This document shows, piece after piece, positions 28,529 through 38,144 of a DNA stretch of 64,000 bases. The stretch lies in the IMG/VR virus record IMGVR_UViG_2873063797_000001, positions 1 to 64,000 of that record; one strand, 5' to 3'. Source of the DNA: a virus (taxonomy: Duplodnaviria > Caudoviricetes). The notes under the pieces are model-generated. The model ran no database searches, was not told the DNA's origin, and saw only the letters and a program-made list of their open reading frames with translations. Position 1 is the stretch's first letter, and each line of letters starts with the position of its first letter. Position numbers and translations under genes: made by a program.

Positions 28529-28993
28529 ATGACCACCACCCGCCACCCCGCGATCCGCACCCTCACCATCGCCGGCCAGCAGGTCACGGTCATCCCCATG
28601 ACCACCACCGACCTCACCCACCACACCGAGGACATCGACGTCCTCGACCTCCCCAACGACTACCACCACCTCGCCCCCCTCCGCGGCTGGAACATCTACG
28701 ACGCCACCGGCCAGCACATCGGCCGGCTCTTCTCCCGCGGCGGCATCATGACCGCCGAGTGGTACGACGACATCGACGAGTTCGACTGGATCCTCGCCGA
28801 GTGGAACTGCCGCCGCATCGAACGCGGAATCCACCAGATCTTCCTCCTCCGTGACGAGCGCCTCCGTGCCGCCAAGCTGGCCGCACAGGCCAAGGTGCAG
28901 GAGCGCGAGGCTGCTTACCTTGTCGAGCTGGCCCACCAGGGCCTGACCCTCGACGAGGACGGCCGCCAGGTCCCCCTCCACCTGGCAGCGTGA
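28529..28993 (+). CDS. Hypothetical protein
   Basis: AAGGAGG RBS. Confidence 0.75.
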   Translation: MTTTRHPAIRTLTIAGQQVTVIPMTTTDLTHHTEDIDVLDLPNDYHHLAPLRGWNIYDATGQHIGRLFSRGGIMTAEWYDDIDEFDWILAEWNCRRIERGIHQIFLLRDERLRAAKLAAQAKVQEREAAYLVELAHQGLTLDEDGRQVPLHLAA

Positions 28994-29051
28994 CCAACAC
29001 CGCAAGGGCCCCACCCGCGTTCGGGTGGGGCCCTTCGCTCTGGCACTCCGT

Positions 29052-29683
29052 CTACGCCGCACTCCCGTACTGGGGAAGCGTCTCCCGTACCCGGGCCGCC
29101 AGAGCGACCGCGGCGGGCTGTACCGGGCCCCTCCCGCCCGGCATGCCCGCCAACACATCCACCAGCTGGTCCGCGCCGAGGACGTGCACGACGCGTTCCC
29201 ACGCCGGCACCGGCACGTCCAGACGGCCCGTCCCGGCGACCGGGGAGCCGTGGACGACGATCACCGGCATCACCATGCTGGCCGGCACCCCCAGCACAGC
29301 CGCAGTCCCCGACACGTACCCGGCGAACCTCACGATCTGCTCGTGCCGGTCCTGCGACCCACAATGCACCCGACCCCGCACCAACGTCGTCGGACAGGGA
29401 CGCCCCTCCCACGAACGCCGCCACTTCTTCGAGTCCAGCACGATCACCCCCAGACCGGAAGGAGGGATCAGCACGTGATCGAGGTTGAAGCGCCGGCCGG
29501 GCACGGCCAAGTCGTGAAGGACAGTCCACCCGGCCGGTAATCCGGTCAGGAGCTCCGCGGTCTCCTGCTCGCCGATGCTCCCCTGCTCCTGCCGCACCGC
29601 GGCCGCCTCGAGCCGCCTGTCCACGGTGTCGACGCCGCACGCAGCCGGGCGGCCTCACGCGCCGTCGACCCACCCGCGGTCAC
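29052..29683 (-). pseudogene. NERD-domain nuclease, apparently frameshifted near the 5' end
   Basis: GEQETAELL...HDL......NLDHVLI...VIVLDSK in 29052-29624; the coupled GTG at 29683 is in another frame. Confidence 0.55.
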
Positions 29684-29898
29684 CGGCGGATCTCCAGACG
29701 CCAGAACATGAACGCCAGCATCGCCGCAGTCCCCAGGATCATCCCGGTGAAGAGGTTCCCCACCACGAGCAGGGTCTCGTCGATCCCGGGCCAGACCGCG
29801 GTCACTGCGAACGGCAAAGCGACCGGGATACCCGCCCCGATCACGACCAAGACCAGGCCCACGGTCCAGGAGGAAGCCTCCTCCAACCACGTGCGCAT
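29680..29898 (-). CDS. Small membrane protein
   Basis: Two TM segments; coupled. Confidence 0.7.
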   Translation of the reverse strand: MRTWLEEASSWTVGLVLVVIGAGIPVALPFAVTAVWPGIDETLLVVGNLFTGMILGTAAMLAFMFWRLEIRR

Positions 29899-30296
29899 CA
29901 GCTCTGCTCCTTCAGTTCCGGCCTGTGCTTGCGGACGGCGTCCCAGAACCGGCGTGCTGCCTCGTCCGGGGTGTAGCCAGGCCCGTACTCCAGCCGTCCG
30001 TCGTCCAGGTGGATGGTGACGAGCGAACCGTTGGCGCCGTCGATGACGATCTGGGACGGCGGCAGCGTGAGGGCGCTGAACACGAGGCCGCTGCCCGCGT
30101 ACAGGTCGCGGGCCGCTTCGGCGGCTTCGCCGACGATCCGTTCGTTGGCCGTGGTCCGCTGGTGCCCGGGGCAGATGAACGGGTAGTTCGGGTTCGGATC
30201 GACGCACAGGGCGCAGTCCTCGGCGTTGCCGTTGCAGCACCACGGGCCGTCGTCTGGTGCGGCGTCCAGGTCCTCGAAGGTGGGGCGGTCGGTCAC
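29898..30296 (-). CDS. Hypothetical protein
   Basis: GAAAGGA RBS; coupled. Confidence 0.7.
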   Translation of the reverse strand: MTDRPTFEDLDAAPDDGPWCCNGNAEDCALCVDPNPNYPFICPGHQRTTANERIVGEAAEAARDLYAGSGLVFSALTLPPSQIVIDGANGSLVTIHLDDGRLEYGPGYTPDEAARRFWDAVRKHRPELKEQS

Positions 30297-30532
30297 GGGG
30301 TGGTCCTTTCGGTGGGGTGGGGTCGGGCGTGGGCGCGGCGGGGCCGGCCGCGGCGGGCACGGTGCACGGCCGTCTCCACGACCAGGGCGAGGGCGACGGA
30401 GATCAGGGTGCAGACGATGACCGCGCCCGGTGACAGGGCGCGGGATTCGGTGAGGGTGAGCCATCCGAAGGCGGTACCGAGGGCTATGCCGCCGACGAGG
30501 ACGGCCTGGGCGAGGAGCGGGGGTATACGCAC
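30293..30532 (-). CDS. Small membrane protein
   Basis: Two TM segments; GGAGG RBS. Confidence 0.7.
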   Translation of the reverse strand: MRIPPLLAQAVLVGGIALGTAFGWLTLTESRALSPGAVIVCTLISVALALVVETAVHRARRGRPRRAHARPHPTERTTP

Positions 30533-30594
30533 GGGCCCTCCCGGGGCGTGATCGGTCTTTCCCGCCGGTGCGGGTGTCTAAGATGCCCGGATTT

Positions 30595-30933
30595 TCAGGC
30601 GTGTCGACGGGGCGTCAATCCCTCCTTCGACGGCTTCATCTCGTACGCCCGACGCGGAGCCCGCAGCTCCACCTCATCGGGCCGGATCAAACCCCTCACC
30701 AGGGCCATCGCAACCGCGTTCTCCCGGTTCTTCGCTCCCAGCCGGCGGTACACCTCCCGCCAGTAGTCGTTGACGGTGTGCGGAGACAGGAACAGCAGCT
30801 CAGCGATCTCTCGACTGGCGTGGCCGTTCGCGGCAAGCCGGAGCAGGGCCAGATGCTGGGGGAACAAGTGCAGGGGTGAAGGAGCGGGCCCGCTCCCCGA
30901 GAGGTGCGGGCCCGGTCGTGCAGGAGCGGTCAT
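30595..30933 (-). CDS. Stand-alone LuxR-type HTH protein
   Basis: LLRLAANGHASREIAELLFLSPHTVNDYWREVYRRLG. Confidence 0.85.
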   Translation of the reverse strand: MTAPARPGPHLSGSGPAPSPLHLFPQHLALLRLAANGHASREIAELLFLSPHTVNDYWREVYRRLGAKNRENAVAMALVRGLIRPDEVELRAPRRAYEMKPSKEGLTPRRHA

Positions 30934-31487
30934 GCGGCCACCCCGTACTCCTCGAGGACAGCCGCAGACGGCAGGTACAGCGGATGCCGCGGCTGCCCGG
31001 TAGCCGTACGGCCCAGGCAGTGCACGGTCACGCCCCGGGCCCGCAGAATGCCCGTCACCGCATCCGCGCGGCCGCCTTGGACGCCAGCAGCACCCCAGGC
31101 GGCTATCACCCGGTGCGCGCCCGCGACGGTGCGGCGGATGAACGCGTCGTTGACGGGGCCGACGGGTTCGGGATGTCGGGTGAGGGCGCGGGGGTCGGCG
31201 GAGCGCAGCGCGAACAGGTTCACGACGATCAGACCGCCGGCGCCCTCCCGGACGGCGAAGGACCGGCAACGCCGGATGGTCGCATCGTCCGTCATCGCGT
31301 CCGCCGTGGACGGGTTCAGCATCACGTACACGACCGGCGGCACCGTGGGGTCCCAGATCCGGGTGAGGAGGTACCGGTACTCGCGGCGGCTGCTGTCGAA
31401 CACGGCGGCGGCCAGACCGGTCGGGGTGGACTGCTGCTCTACGTGCACGGACAGTTCAGTGTCGGGGAGCATCTGAAGGACGGTCAC
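30930..31487 (-). CDS. DUF1643-like protein
   Basis: YRYLLTRIW...VMLNPSTAD...DDATIRRC...VVNLFA.R...AAWG...HPLY. Confidence 0.85.
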   Translation of the reverse strand: MTVLQMLPDTELSVHVEQQSTPTGLAAAVFDSSRREYRYLLTRIWDPTVPPVVYVMLNPSTADAMTDDATIRRCRSFAVREGAGGLIVVNLFALRSADPRALTRHPEPVGPVNDAFIRRTVAGAHRVIAAWGAAGVQGGRADAVTGILRARGVTVHCLGRTATGQPRHPLYLPSAAVLEEYGVAA

Positions 31488-31804
31488 GCGCCCACCGCCC
31501 GCCGGTACACGGCCAGCAGCCGCTCCATCGCCTCCACGTGCTCCAGGGCCTCGGCGGTCTGCCCGGCCTTGGTGAGGGCGTACGCCCACGCTGCGGAGTC
31601 CTGCACGGCGTCCATGTACGCGTGCGGGGACTCGTCGGCGGGGGCGGTCTCGGCCGGGGACGGGAGGGCGGACGGCTCTCCGGCGGCGGGTGTGCGGATT
31701 CCGTCGGCCACGTTGTCGAGGAGGTTCACGGCGTCGTCGTCGCGGCCGGTGGCTTCCAGCAGGCGGGCGGCGCGCACCATCTCGCTGGCGGCGATGTCGG
31801 TCAT
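31484..31804 (-). CDS. Hypothetical protein
   Basis: Coupled on both sides. Confidence 0.7.
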   Translation of the reverse strand: MTDIAASEMVRAARLLEATGRDDDAVNLLDNVADGIRTPAAGEPSALPSPAETAPADESPHAYMDAVQDSAAWAYALTKAGQTAEALEHVEAMERLLAVYRRAVGA

Positions 31805-32355
31805 CGGACGGACTCCTTCGTGATGGTGGCGCACGGGAAGACCTCCGGGTAGGCGGCCTTCCAGTCCAGCCAGTGCTGCATGACGTCGTCGACGATCGTG
31901 TGGCGGAGGTCCATGACCTGCTCCAGCGACAGCGGGCCGGGGTGCTTGGCGTACTCGTACTCGCCGCCGCGCACCTTAGGGCCGGAGGGGACGTAGGTGG
32001 GCCCGTACTGCCAGGAGCAGAGCCGGTAGCCCCAGTCGTCGGTGCCGTACTTGATGAAGACTGTGGTGTTGCAGCCGGAGTCGACGTCCAGCGGGCGTCG
32101 CAGCAGCTTCGCCTTGTAGCCCGCGTTGAACCAGTGGTGCTTGTACTCGTCGATGAAGCTGGAGAGCATCGCGGCCTCGGCGTCGGTGGGCCGTTCGGCG
32201 CTGCCCCAGCTGTACGGCCCGGCGTCAACGTCGATGTAGGCGGCGACGTACTTCCACTGCGGATTGAAGCTGGTGACGACCGGGATGCGCAGTGCGGTGA
32301 GCGGGTCGTGTTCGGCGGCATCGGTGCCGAACGGCCATGTCTGGGTGCTGGTCAT
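31801..32355 (-). CDS. Hypothetical protein
   Basis: AAGGAG RBS; codon bias. Confidence 0.75.
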   Translation of the reverse strand: MTSTQTWPFGTDAAEHDPLTALRIPVVTSFNPQWKYVAAYIDVDAGPYSWGSAERPTDAEAAMLSSFIDEYKHHWFNAGYKAKLLRRPLDVDSGCNTTVFIKYGTDDWGYRLCSWQYGPTYVPSGPKVRGGEYEYAKHPGPLSLEQVMDLRHTIVDDVMQHWLDWKAAYPEVFPCATITKESVR

Positions 32356-32792
32356 CGGCTGGTCTCCTTGGTGGCGCGTCGGGTGTAGGGGAGGCGTGCG
32401 GAAGCGCGGGAGAGCAGCCCCTCACGGGCCTGTACGGGCCGTACAGGCTGGGCGGGGGCCGCGGGGAGGCTGGTGACGGTGTCGGGGTGCCACAGCTCCA
32501 CCCACACCCCGCCAGACCGCCACACCAGAACCGTCCGACCGGGCACGTCCACGTCCCAGAACGGGCGCAGGTCCCCCGACTGAGGCAGGGCCAGGTAGTA
32601 GTTCCCGGCGAACAGGCGGAGGGCGTGCGCGGCGCCGGGGCCGGCGACTTCCGCCGACAGGACCGGCCTGCCGTCGGCCGCGGTGCGGGTTCGCCAGTCG
32701 GGGACGACGGCCTTCAGGTTGCGGTCGGTGGTGAACGACTGCCAGGCGTGGACGGCCTGGAGTCTCGCGGCGGTTACGGTGCTGTCGGGCAT
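32352..32792 (-). CDS. Hypothetical protein
   Basis: Start MPDSTVT; coupled to the next gene. Confidence 0.7.
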   Translation of the reverse strand: MPDSTVTAARLQAVHAWQSFTTDRNLKAVVPDWRTRTAADGRPVLSAEVAGPGAAHALRLFAGNYYLALPQSGDLRPFWDVDVPGRTVLVWRSGGVWVELWHPDTVTSLPAAPAQPVRPVQAREGLLSRASARLPYTRRATKETSR

Positions 32793-32923
32793 GGGGCCTT
32801 CTCGGGCTGGTTGGGATGGGGGGGGGCCGCCCGCCGGCTGCGATCGTGCGGGCGGCCCGAACAAGGGGCGGGGGGAGACCGCGCAATCCCCGTAGGGGGC
32901 GTGGGGGGCTGCGCCGATGGAAC

Positions 32924-33577
32924 TTAAGCGGCTGTTGCAGCGGACAGCGTGGAGGTGATGGTCTGCTCGGCGGGCACGTCGTCCATGGCGCGGATCAGCT
33001 CGCACCCGGAGCACTCGCAGCGCCCGCGGCCCGTGACGCCACGTTCGGCGTGGAAGCTCTGACCGAGGTCGGTGATGAATCCGCGGAGCCGAAGAATTTC
33101 CTCCCGCTGCTTCTCCACTAGGCTGATCTCCGGATTCTGCCGCCGGGCCTCTTCCAGCTGACCCTGCCGGTGACCGACCAGACCGGACATCGCCCACTTG
33201 GCCCGCTCGGCAGCAGACTTCAGTTCGCGTGCCTGCTCGACAGGAACCCGGCCGTCGGGGAGTTCGGCGGCACGGTGGATGACGGCGTTGATGCTGTGCG
33301 CGGACTGGGCAACCAGGTGGCCGAGGTACATGCCAGCCCAGGCGATTCGGTCCTCGGCGGCGGCGCGCCGGGCTGCGGCGTACACGGACTGGTCGTGCTT
33401 GACCTGGTCCTGAAGCAGCGAGTTGTAGGCGTTCTCGTGACGACGGGACTCGTTCGCCCAGCGCTCTACTTCTCGGTTGAGTAGGTCGATGTCGGACAGA
33501 TGGTTGACGTTCTCGCCGAGCCGGGCGTACTCGTCGCGGAGGGAGGCGGCCCTTTCGGATGCGCTCATGGACGTCAT
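32924..33577 (-). CDS. Hypothetical coiled-coil protein
   Basis: AGGAAGG RBS. Confidence 0.7.
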   Translation of the reverse strand: MTSMSASERAASLRDEYARLGENVNHLSDIDLLNREVERWANESRRHENAYNSLLQDQVKHDQSVYAAARRAAAEDRIAWAGMYLGHLVAQSAHSINAVIHRAAELPDGRVPVEQARELKSAAERAKWAMSGLVGHRQGQLEEARRQNPEISLVEKQREEILRLRGFITDLGQSFHAERGVTGRGRCECSGCELIRAMDDVPAEQTITSTLSAATAA

Positions 33578-33601
33578 GTGGGACGCCTTCCTGTGGTTGG
33601 T

Positions 33602-33715
33602 CTACTGGCCGTAGTGGTCGGACGGGTCGTCGGGTGCGCTGTCGCGGCTGGTGCAGGGCGTGCCGTGGATGCCGGCGGCCTTGTCTTCGGGGGTGGCGTC
33701 GCAGTCGCAGTGCAT
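33602..33715 (-). CDS. 37-aa hypothetical protein
   Basis: Fills the gap between coupled genes. Confidence 0.45.
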   Translation of the reverse strand: MHCDCDATPEDKAAGIHGTPCTSRDSAPDDPSDHYGQ

Positions 33716-33716
33716 G

Positions 33717-34166
33717 TCAGGCCGCCTCTGCCAGTACCGACTCGTCGACAAGGCCCATCTCCCGCAGGAAGGCCCGCGCGTCGTCCACCATGCCGTCCAC
33801 GTCCGTGCGGTCGTGGTCACCGGCCTGCCAGACCAGGAGCCACTGCCCGGGGTTGAGCCGGTAGTCGTCGGCCAGCTCGGGGTCCGTCTCCTCGGTGGTC
33901 GGGAGACGGAACACGTCCACGCCGTACTCGAGGTAGGCGTTCGGCTGCCGGGTGGCGACGATCAGCGTGGTGTCGGTGGCGACGGTGGTGAGGATCTCCG
34001 CGTTGGGGGTGCCGATCAGGGCGAGGGCCTGGCGGGCGGTGCTGCGTTGGGCGGCTTCGGCTTCGTTGCGGGCCTGGATGTCGAAGAGTTCGCGCTTGCA
34101 GCCGTAGCACTCGGCGAGGAAAGGGCCGGCTTCGGGGTGGCGGCGGCAGGTCTGGTAGGTCGGCAT
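33717..34166 (-). CDS. Hypothetical protein
   Basis: First gene after the conserved promoter copy. Confidence 0.75.
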   Translation of the reverse strand: MPTYQTCRRHPEAGPFLAECYGCKRELFDIQARNEAEAAQRSTARQALALIGTPNAEILTTVATDTTLIVATRQPNAYLEYGVDVFRLPTTEETDPELADDYRLNPGQWLLVWQAGDHDRTDVDGMVDDARAFLREMGLVDESVLAEAA

Positions 34167-34217
34167 GGAGTGCCCCCTGGTGGTTCGGGTGGTGTGTTGT
34201 CGGCCCTGCCACTCTAA

Positions 34218-34249
34218 CCCATATTCCATGGCGTACGCCATAGTTCTAC
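34218..34249 (-). promoter_or_regulatory. Conserved promoter/operator copy
   Basis: GTAGAA-CTATGG CGTACG CCATGG-AATATGGG. Confidence 0.7.
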
Positions 34250-34265
34250 AGGGATTCCCGGACAC

Positions 34266-34299
34266 GAAGAAGGGGCCCAGCCCGAAGACCAGACCCCTC
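34266..34299 (-). terminator. Terminator after ssb
   Basis: 10-bp stem including G-U pairs, loop containing cUUCGg. Confidence 0.5.
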
Positions 34300-34315
34300 C
34301 ACGCTCAACCGCGGC

Positions 34316-34831
34316 TCAGAACGGCGGGCTATCGTCCCCACCCGCCCACGCGCCGGCGGCCTGCGTACCCGGCACCCCCGACGCCCACGGATCCTCACGA
34401 CCCTCCTGGGACGTCTTCCGCTTCGTCTCCTCGTACTGCTGACGCCCCTGCCCGCCACCACCCGAGCTGGTCTTCTCCACCTTCGCCGTGGCGCTGCGGA
34501 GCGAAACGGCCACCTCGTCCGCCTCCATCTCATAGACCGTCCGCTTGACCCCCTGCTTGTCCTCGTAGGACCGCTGCGACAACCGGCCCTGCACCACCAC
34601 CCGCATCCCACGCGTCAACGTCTCCCCGCAGTTCTCTCCCTGCTGACGCCACACCGACACCGGCAGGTACAGCGTCTGGCCGTCCTCCCACGCCTGCTTG
34701 TCCCGGTTGTACGTCCGCGGGGTCGAAGCGACGGTGAACTTGCAGACCCCCGCCCCGGACGGCGTGTAGCGCAGGGACACCTGCTCGTCCACGACGTTGC
34801 CAACAACGGTGATCACGGTCTCGCCACTCAT
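34316..34831 (-). CDS. ssb: Single-stranded DNA-binding protein
   Basis: ITVVGN...LRYTPSG....[10 protein letters not shown]-fold; acidic C-terminus DDSPPF. Confidence 0.95.
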   Translation of the reverse strand: MSGETVITVVGNVVDEQVSLRYTPSGAGVCKFTVASTPRTYNRDKQAWEDGQTLYLPVSVWRQQGENCGETLTRGMRVVVQGRLSQRSYEDKQGVKRTVYEMEADEVAVSLRSATAKVEKTSSGGGGQGRQQYEETKRKTSQEGREDPWASGVPGTQAAGAWAGGDDSPPF

Positions 34832-34846
34832 TTCAGCTCTCCTTCT

Positions 34847-35767
34847 CTACGCCGCGTACCGGCGGATGGTCTTCGTGGACACTCCGTACTCGCCGGCCAG
34901 CTGCCGGACCGGCTCACCAGCCACAGTCCGCTCACGGACCTGGCTACGCTCCTGCGGCGTCAACCGCGCGTTCCCCGCCTGGTAGCCGCCCGCCAGGGAC
35001 GTATCGGCGTGGCCGCACATGTGCTCCCGCGACGCCTTCAAGCTCTTCGCAGACCGTGCCGCCCGGATCGGGCCGCCACACGACGCGTACCGCTTCCCCG
35101 TCACGATCGACCGGATCGTCTCCCTGTTCGAGCTGTACGACATCGCCAGCTCCACGTCCGTCGCCCCGGCCAGAGCCTTCTCCCGGATCGCCACCACCTC
35201 CTCCGGCGTGAACGTCCGCAGACTCGGCTGCTTCAACGCCGGGAACGCACGGCCACTGCGCTGGTACTGCTTCCGCAGCCGGTTAACCCAGTTCTCCGTC
35301 GTCTTCCGCGGCCACCGGCGCAGATGATCGATGTCGAACAGCGTCATCCCGTTCGCCACGCACTGCTGCACAGCCGTCAGGAACTCCGCATCCGTCAGAT
35401 CGGTGACCCGGAAGCCCTTCATGAACTTGGCGACCGCGACCTGGTCCACGAAGTCCTCGTCCAGGTCACAGTCCGGCTCGGGGGCAAGGTCCCGTACCGA
35501 ACGCTCCTCGGACCACGACGGGACGGTCAGGGAGCCGTGCTCGTCGTGGTCGAGCCAGCCCAGTGCTTTTCCCACCGGTTGGTCCGGGTCGACGAGGCCG
35601 GCGAGGACGACGATCAGGGCGTCCTTCTCCGGCCCGGTCAGACCAGACAGGACCTGGGCGACGTCCTCGGGTCCTCCGTCACCGTGGACGAGGACGGCGA
35701 GGTTCGCCGCTTCGGGCAGCATCCGCTCGGCGAGATCACCACGCTGCTCCGGGCTCAAACGGTTCAT
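34847..35767 (-). CDS. Hypothetical protein with C-terminal HTH motifs
   Basis: VRQLAGEYGVSTKTIRRYA. Confidence 0.7.
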   Translation of the reverse strand: MNRLSPEQRGDLAERMLPEAANLAVLVHGDGGPEDVAQVLSGLTGPEKDALIVVLAGLVDPDQPVGKALGWLDHDEHGSLTVPSWSEERSVRDLAPEPDCDLDEDFVDQVAVAKFMKGFRVTDLTDAEFLTAVQQCVANGMTLFDIDHLRRWPRKTTENWVNRLRKQYQRSGRAFPALKQPSLRTFTPEEVVAIREKALAGATDVELAMSYSSNRETIRSIVTGKRYASCGGPIRAARSAKSLKASREHMCGHADTSLAGGYQAGNARLTPQERSQVRERTVAGEPVRQLAGEYGVSTKTIRRYAA

Positions 35768-36273
35768 GCCGCCCGCACCTCCTCCGCCGCAGCACGCGCA
35801 GACGCCGCGATCATGTCGTTGACCCGGTTCACCGTCTGCACGTTCGTCGACAACGCCGACGCCAACTCCAGGCCGTCCAGGCCCTGCGCCCGCAGCGTCA
35901 GGAACTCGTCCAACCTGGTTGCGTAGATGTGGTCAGCGACGTTCCTGGTCCGGCCGAACGTCGTCCCGGACCGCCTCTTGTGCAGGGCCAGACGCTCCTT
36001 CTCAGTCAGTCCACCCCACACGCCCTGGTCCTGCCGCGTCTCCAACGCCCACGACAGGCAGCGGATCCGGACCGGGCAGCCAGCACAGATCGACTTGGCT
36101 TCCGCAGCCTGCATGCGCGCGTGGACGTTGTCGCCGACCGGGAACCAGAGTTCCGGGTCGTGGCGGCGGCATTCGGCTTCATCGCGCCAGTCGCCGGTGT
36201 CGGCGGGGGTGAGGGTGGGGGTGGGCGCGGCATTCGTCGTGGGGCGGCGGGTGAGGGTGGTGGTGGGGGTCAT
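35764..36273 (-). CDS. WhiB-family (Wbl) regulator
   Basis: W...A.C...DPELWFP...AKSIC..CPVR..C...GVWGG. Confidence 0.9.
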   Translation of the reverse strand: MTPTTTLTRRPTTNAAPTPTLTPADTGDWRDEAECRRHDPELWFPVGDNVHARMQAAEAKSICAGCPVRIRCLSWALETRQDQGVWGGLTEKERLALHKRRSGTTFGRTRNVADHIYATRLDEFLTLRAQGLDGLELASALSTNVQTVNRVNDMIAASARAAAEEVRAA

Positions 36274-36866
36274 CGGGTGGCTCCGGGGAGGGTCGGCCAG
36301 GTCGCCTTGTCGAGGGCGGCCCGGTGGGTTTTGGGGAGGTCGGTAATGGGGTGTCCGAGCCAGTCGCGGCCGGCGGCCATGAGGGCGACGGCGTCGGCGG
36401 CGTTGTCGTTGCCGTCGGTGGTCCAGTCGGGGAAGCGGCGGCTGATTTGGTCGATGACGGCGCCCTTGGGGGCGTTGCCTTTGCCGGTGGCGTAGAGGGC
36501 GCGGGCGTTGGGGGCCATGAGGCCGACGGGGATCTCTCGGGCGTTGAGGTAGTTGTAGATCTCCCACCAGAGCCATCCGCGTTCGTGGGCTCCGCCTCCG
36601 CTGCGGGAGACGGCGGGGAGTTCGATGACGACGAGGTCGGGGCGGCCGATGGTGTCGAGGATGAGGGTGCGGACGTGCTGGAGGGCCTCGCGTCGTTCGG
36701 GATGGGGTAGGGCGGTGATGGGGCGCTTCTTGTCGGTCCAGCCGACGACGGTGCACCAGCCGTTGCTGGAGGCGATTCCGGTGGCTGTGAGGGAGGGGTC
36801 GACTCCGATGACGGTGTTCCAGGGGTCTCGGGGGATGTAGCGCTGGTCGGGGGCGGTGAGGGTCAC
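36270..36866 (-). CDS. RuvC-like Holliday junction resolvase
   Basis: VIGVDPSLTATG, VVIE, ATGKGNA.K, DNAADAVAL. Confidence 0.85.
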   Translation of the reverse strand: MTLTAPDQRYIPRDPWNTVIGVDPSLTATGIASSNGWCTVVGWTDKKRPITALPHPERREALQHVRTLILDTIGRPDLVVIELPAVSRSGGGAHERGWLWWEIYNYLNAREIPVGLMAPNARALYATGKGNAPKGAVIDQISRRFPDWTTDGNDNAADAVALMAAGRDWLGHPITDLPKTHRAALDKATWPTLPGATR

Positions 36867-37084
36867 AGGGGGATCTCCTGTACGGGTGTGGGGCCGGTTC
36901 GGGTGGTGCGGAGGTGGGTGGCGTGGCCGGGGCGGTTGCCGAGGTGGAGGTGGCCGCACCAGGTGCAGCGGTATTGCTTGAAGTGGGGTCCGCCTTGGCC
37001 GCGTATTTGTCGGGCGCGTCGTCGGGCTGCTTTGCGGCTGGGGAAGGGGGTTTTGCCGTGGCAGGCGGCGAGGTAGGCGTTCAT
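36863..37084 (-). CDS. Small zinc-binding protein
   Basis: YRCTWCGHLHLG. Confidence 0.7.
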   Translation of the reverse strand: MNAYLAACHGKTPFPSRKAARRRARQIRGQGGPHFKQYRCTWCGHLHLGNRPGHATHLRTTRTGPTPVQEIPL

Positions 37085-37281
37085 CGGGTGGGTTCGGGGA
37101 GGTGGAGGTCGCGGGCGAGGTTGAGGCGGATGTCGTGGGCGATGGCTTCGTTGTGGAGGAAGCGGACGACGATGGCGAGTCTGCGGCGGTGGCCGGCGAG
37201 GTCGTTCTCGGCGGAGACCAGGTCGGGGTGCCGGTGGTGGAGTTCGTCGGCGAGTTCGGTGACGTAGGCCTGGTCAGCCAT
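37081..37281 (-). CDS. Hypothetical protein
   Basis: Coupled. Confidence 0.65.
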   Translation of the reverse strand: MADQAYVTELADELHHRHPDLVSAENDLAGHRRRLAIVVRFLHNEAIAHDIRLNLARDLHLPEPTR

Positions 37282-37582
37282 GGGGGTGCTCCCGCGTCCA
37301 GGGGCCGTATCCGATACCGAGGGCGAAGGCAACGCGTTGTGCTGCCTGGACGTCGAAGCAGGGCCAGGTGTCGCGGTCGCGCCAGCAGTGGTGTCCGGTT
37401 TCGTCGGGGCCGTGGAGTTCGGCTGTGTCGAGGAGCCAGAGGCTGAGTTGCCCTTCGAGGTATCCGTCGCGGCGGCGGAGTTCGGCTGCTGCGGTGTGGA
37501 GTTCGCTGCGGGGGCTGGTGGGGCCGATGTCGGCGGCGGGCGCCGCGTAGAGGGCTTCGAGCTGGTCTCGGGTGTCAGCCAT
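37274..37582 (-). CDS. Hypothetical protein
   Basis: Coupled. Confidence 0.65.
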   Translation of the reverse strand: MADTRDQLEALYAAPAADIGPTSPRSELHTAAAELRRRDGYLEGQLSLWLLDTAELHGPDETGHHCWRDRDTWPCFDVQAAQRVAFALGIGYGPWTREHPHG

Positions 37583-38144
37583 CGCGGTCTCCGTCCAGGG
37601 CTGCCCGGAGGCGGGAGACAGGGACGGTGTGGGACCAGTCGGTGCCCTCGTAGTCGTCCAGGACCTCGCGGGCCACGGCGATGCGGGCTTCGGCCTGCTG
37701 CCGGAACTCGTGCGGGGTGGGACGGCGGCGGCGCTGGATGGTGACGGTGTAGGAGTCGGCCGGGTTCTGTCCGTCCTGGAGGTCGAGAGCCACGGACGGC
37801 TCGTTGGCGACTATCTCGGTCTCGAGGTAGTTCTGTGCGCCGTAGCTGTTCAGCATGGTCCGCATGGAGGCGACGAGCGTCAGGAGGATCTCGCGGGCGG
37901 GTTCGGTTTCCAGGGTGACGACGCCGTTCTCGATGTTGAGGCCCTTGAAGAGGGTGCCGTCGGCGAGGATCTCGGCGGCGAGGTCTCCGAGGGCGTCCAT
38001 GACGTGGTCGGCGGCCAGGGTGAAGTCGGGCTTGCGACCGGTGCGGCGCCATTCGGTCCAGGAGGCGGCGAGGGCGTTCTGAATGGCGGTGTGGGCCTGG
38101 TTGCGGCGGTGTTCGCGCTGGGTGTCGGTGAGGTCCGTGGTCAC
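37575..38144 (-). CDS. Hypothetical protein
   Basis: GTGA coupling; codon bias. Confidence 0.7.
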   Translation of the reverse strand: MTTDLTDTQREHRRNQAHTAIQNALAASWTEWRRTGRKPDFTLAADHVMDALGDLAAEILADGTLFKGLNIENGVVTLETEPAREILLTLVASMRTMLNSYGAQNYLETEIVANEPSVALDLQDGQNPADSYTVTIQRRRRPTPHEFRQQAEARIAVAREVLDDYEGTDWSHTVPVSRLRAALDGDRDG

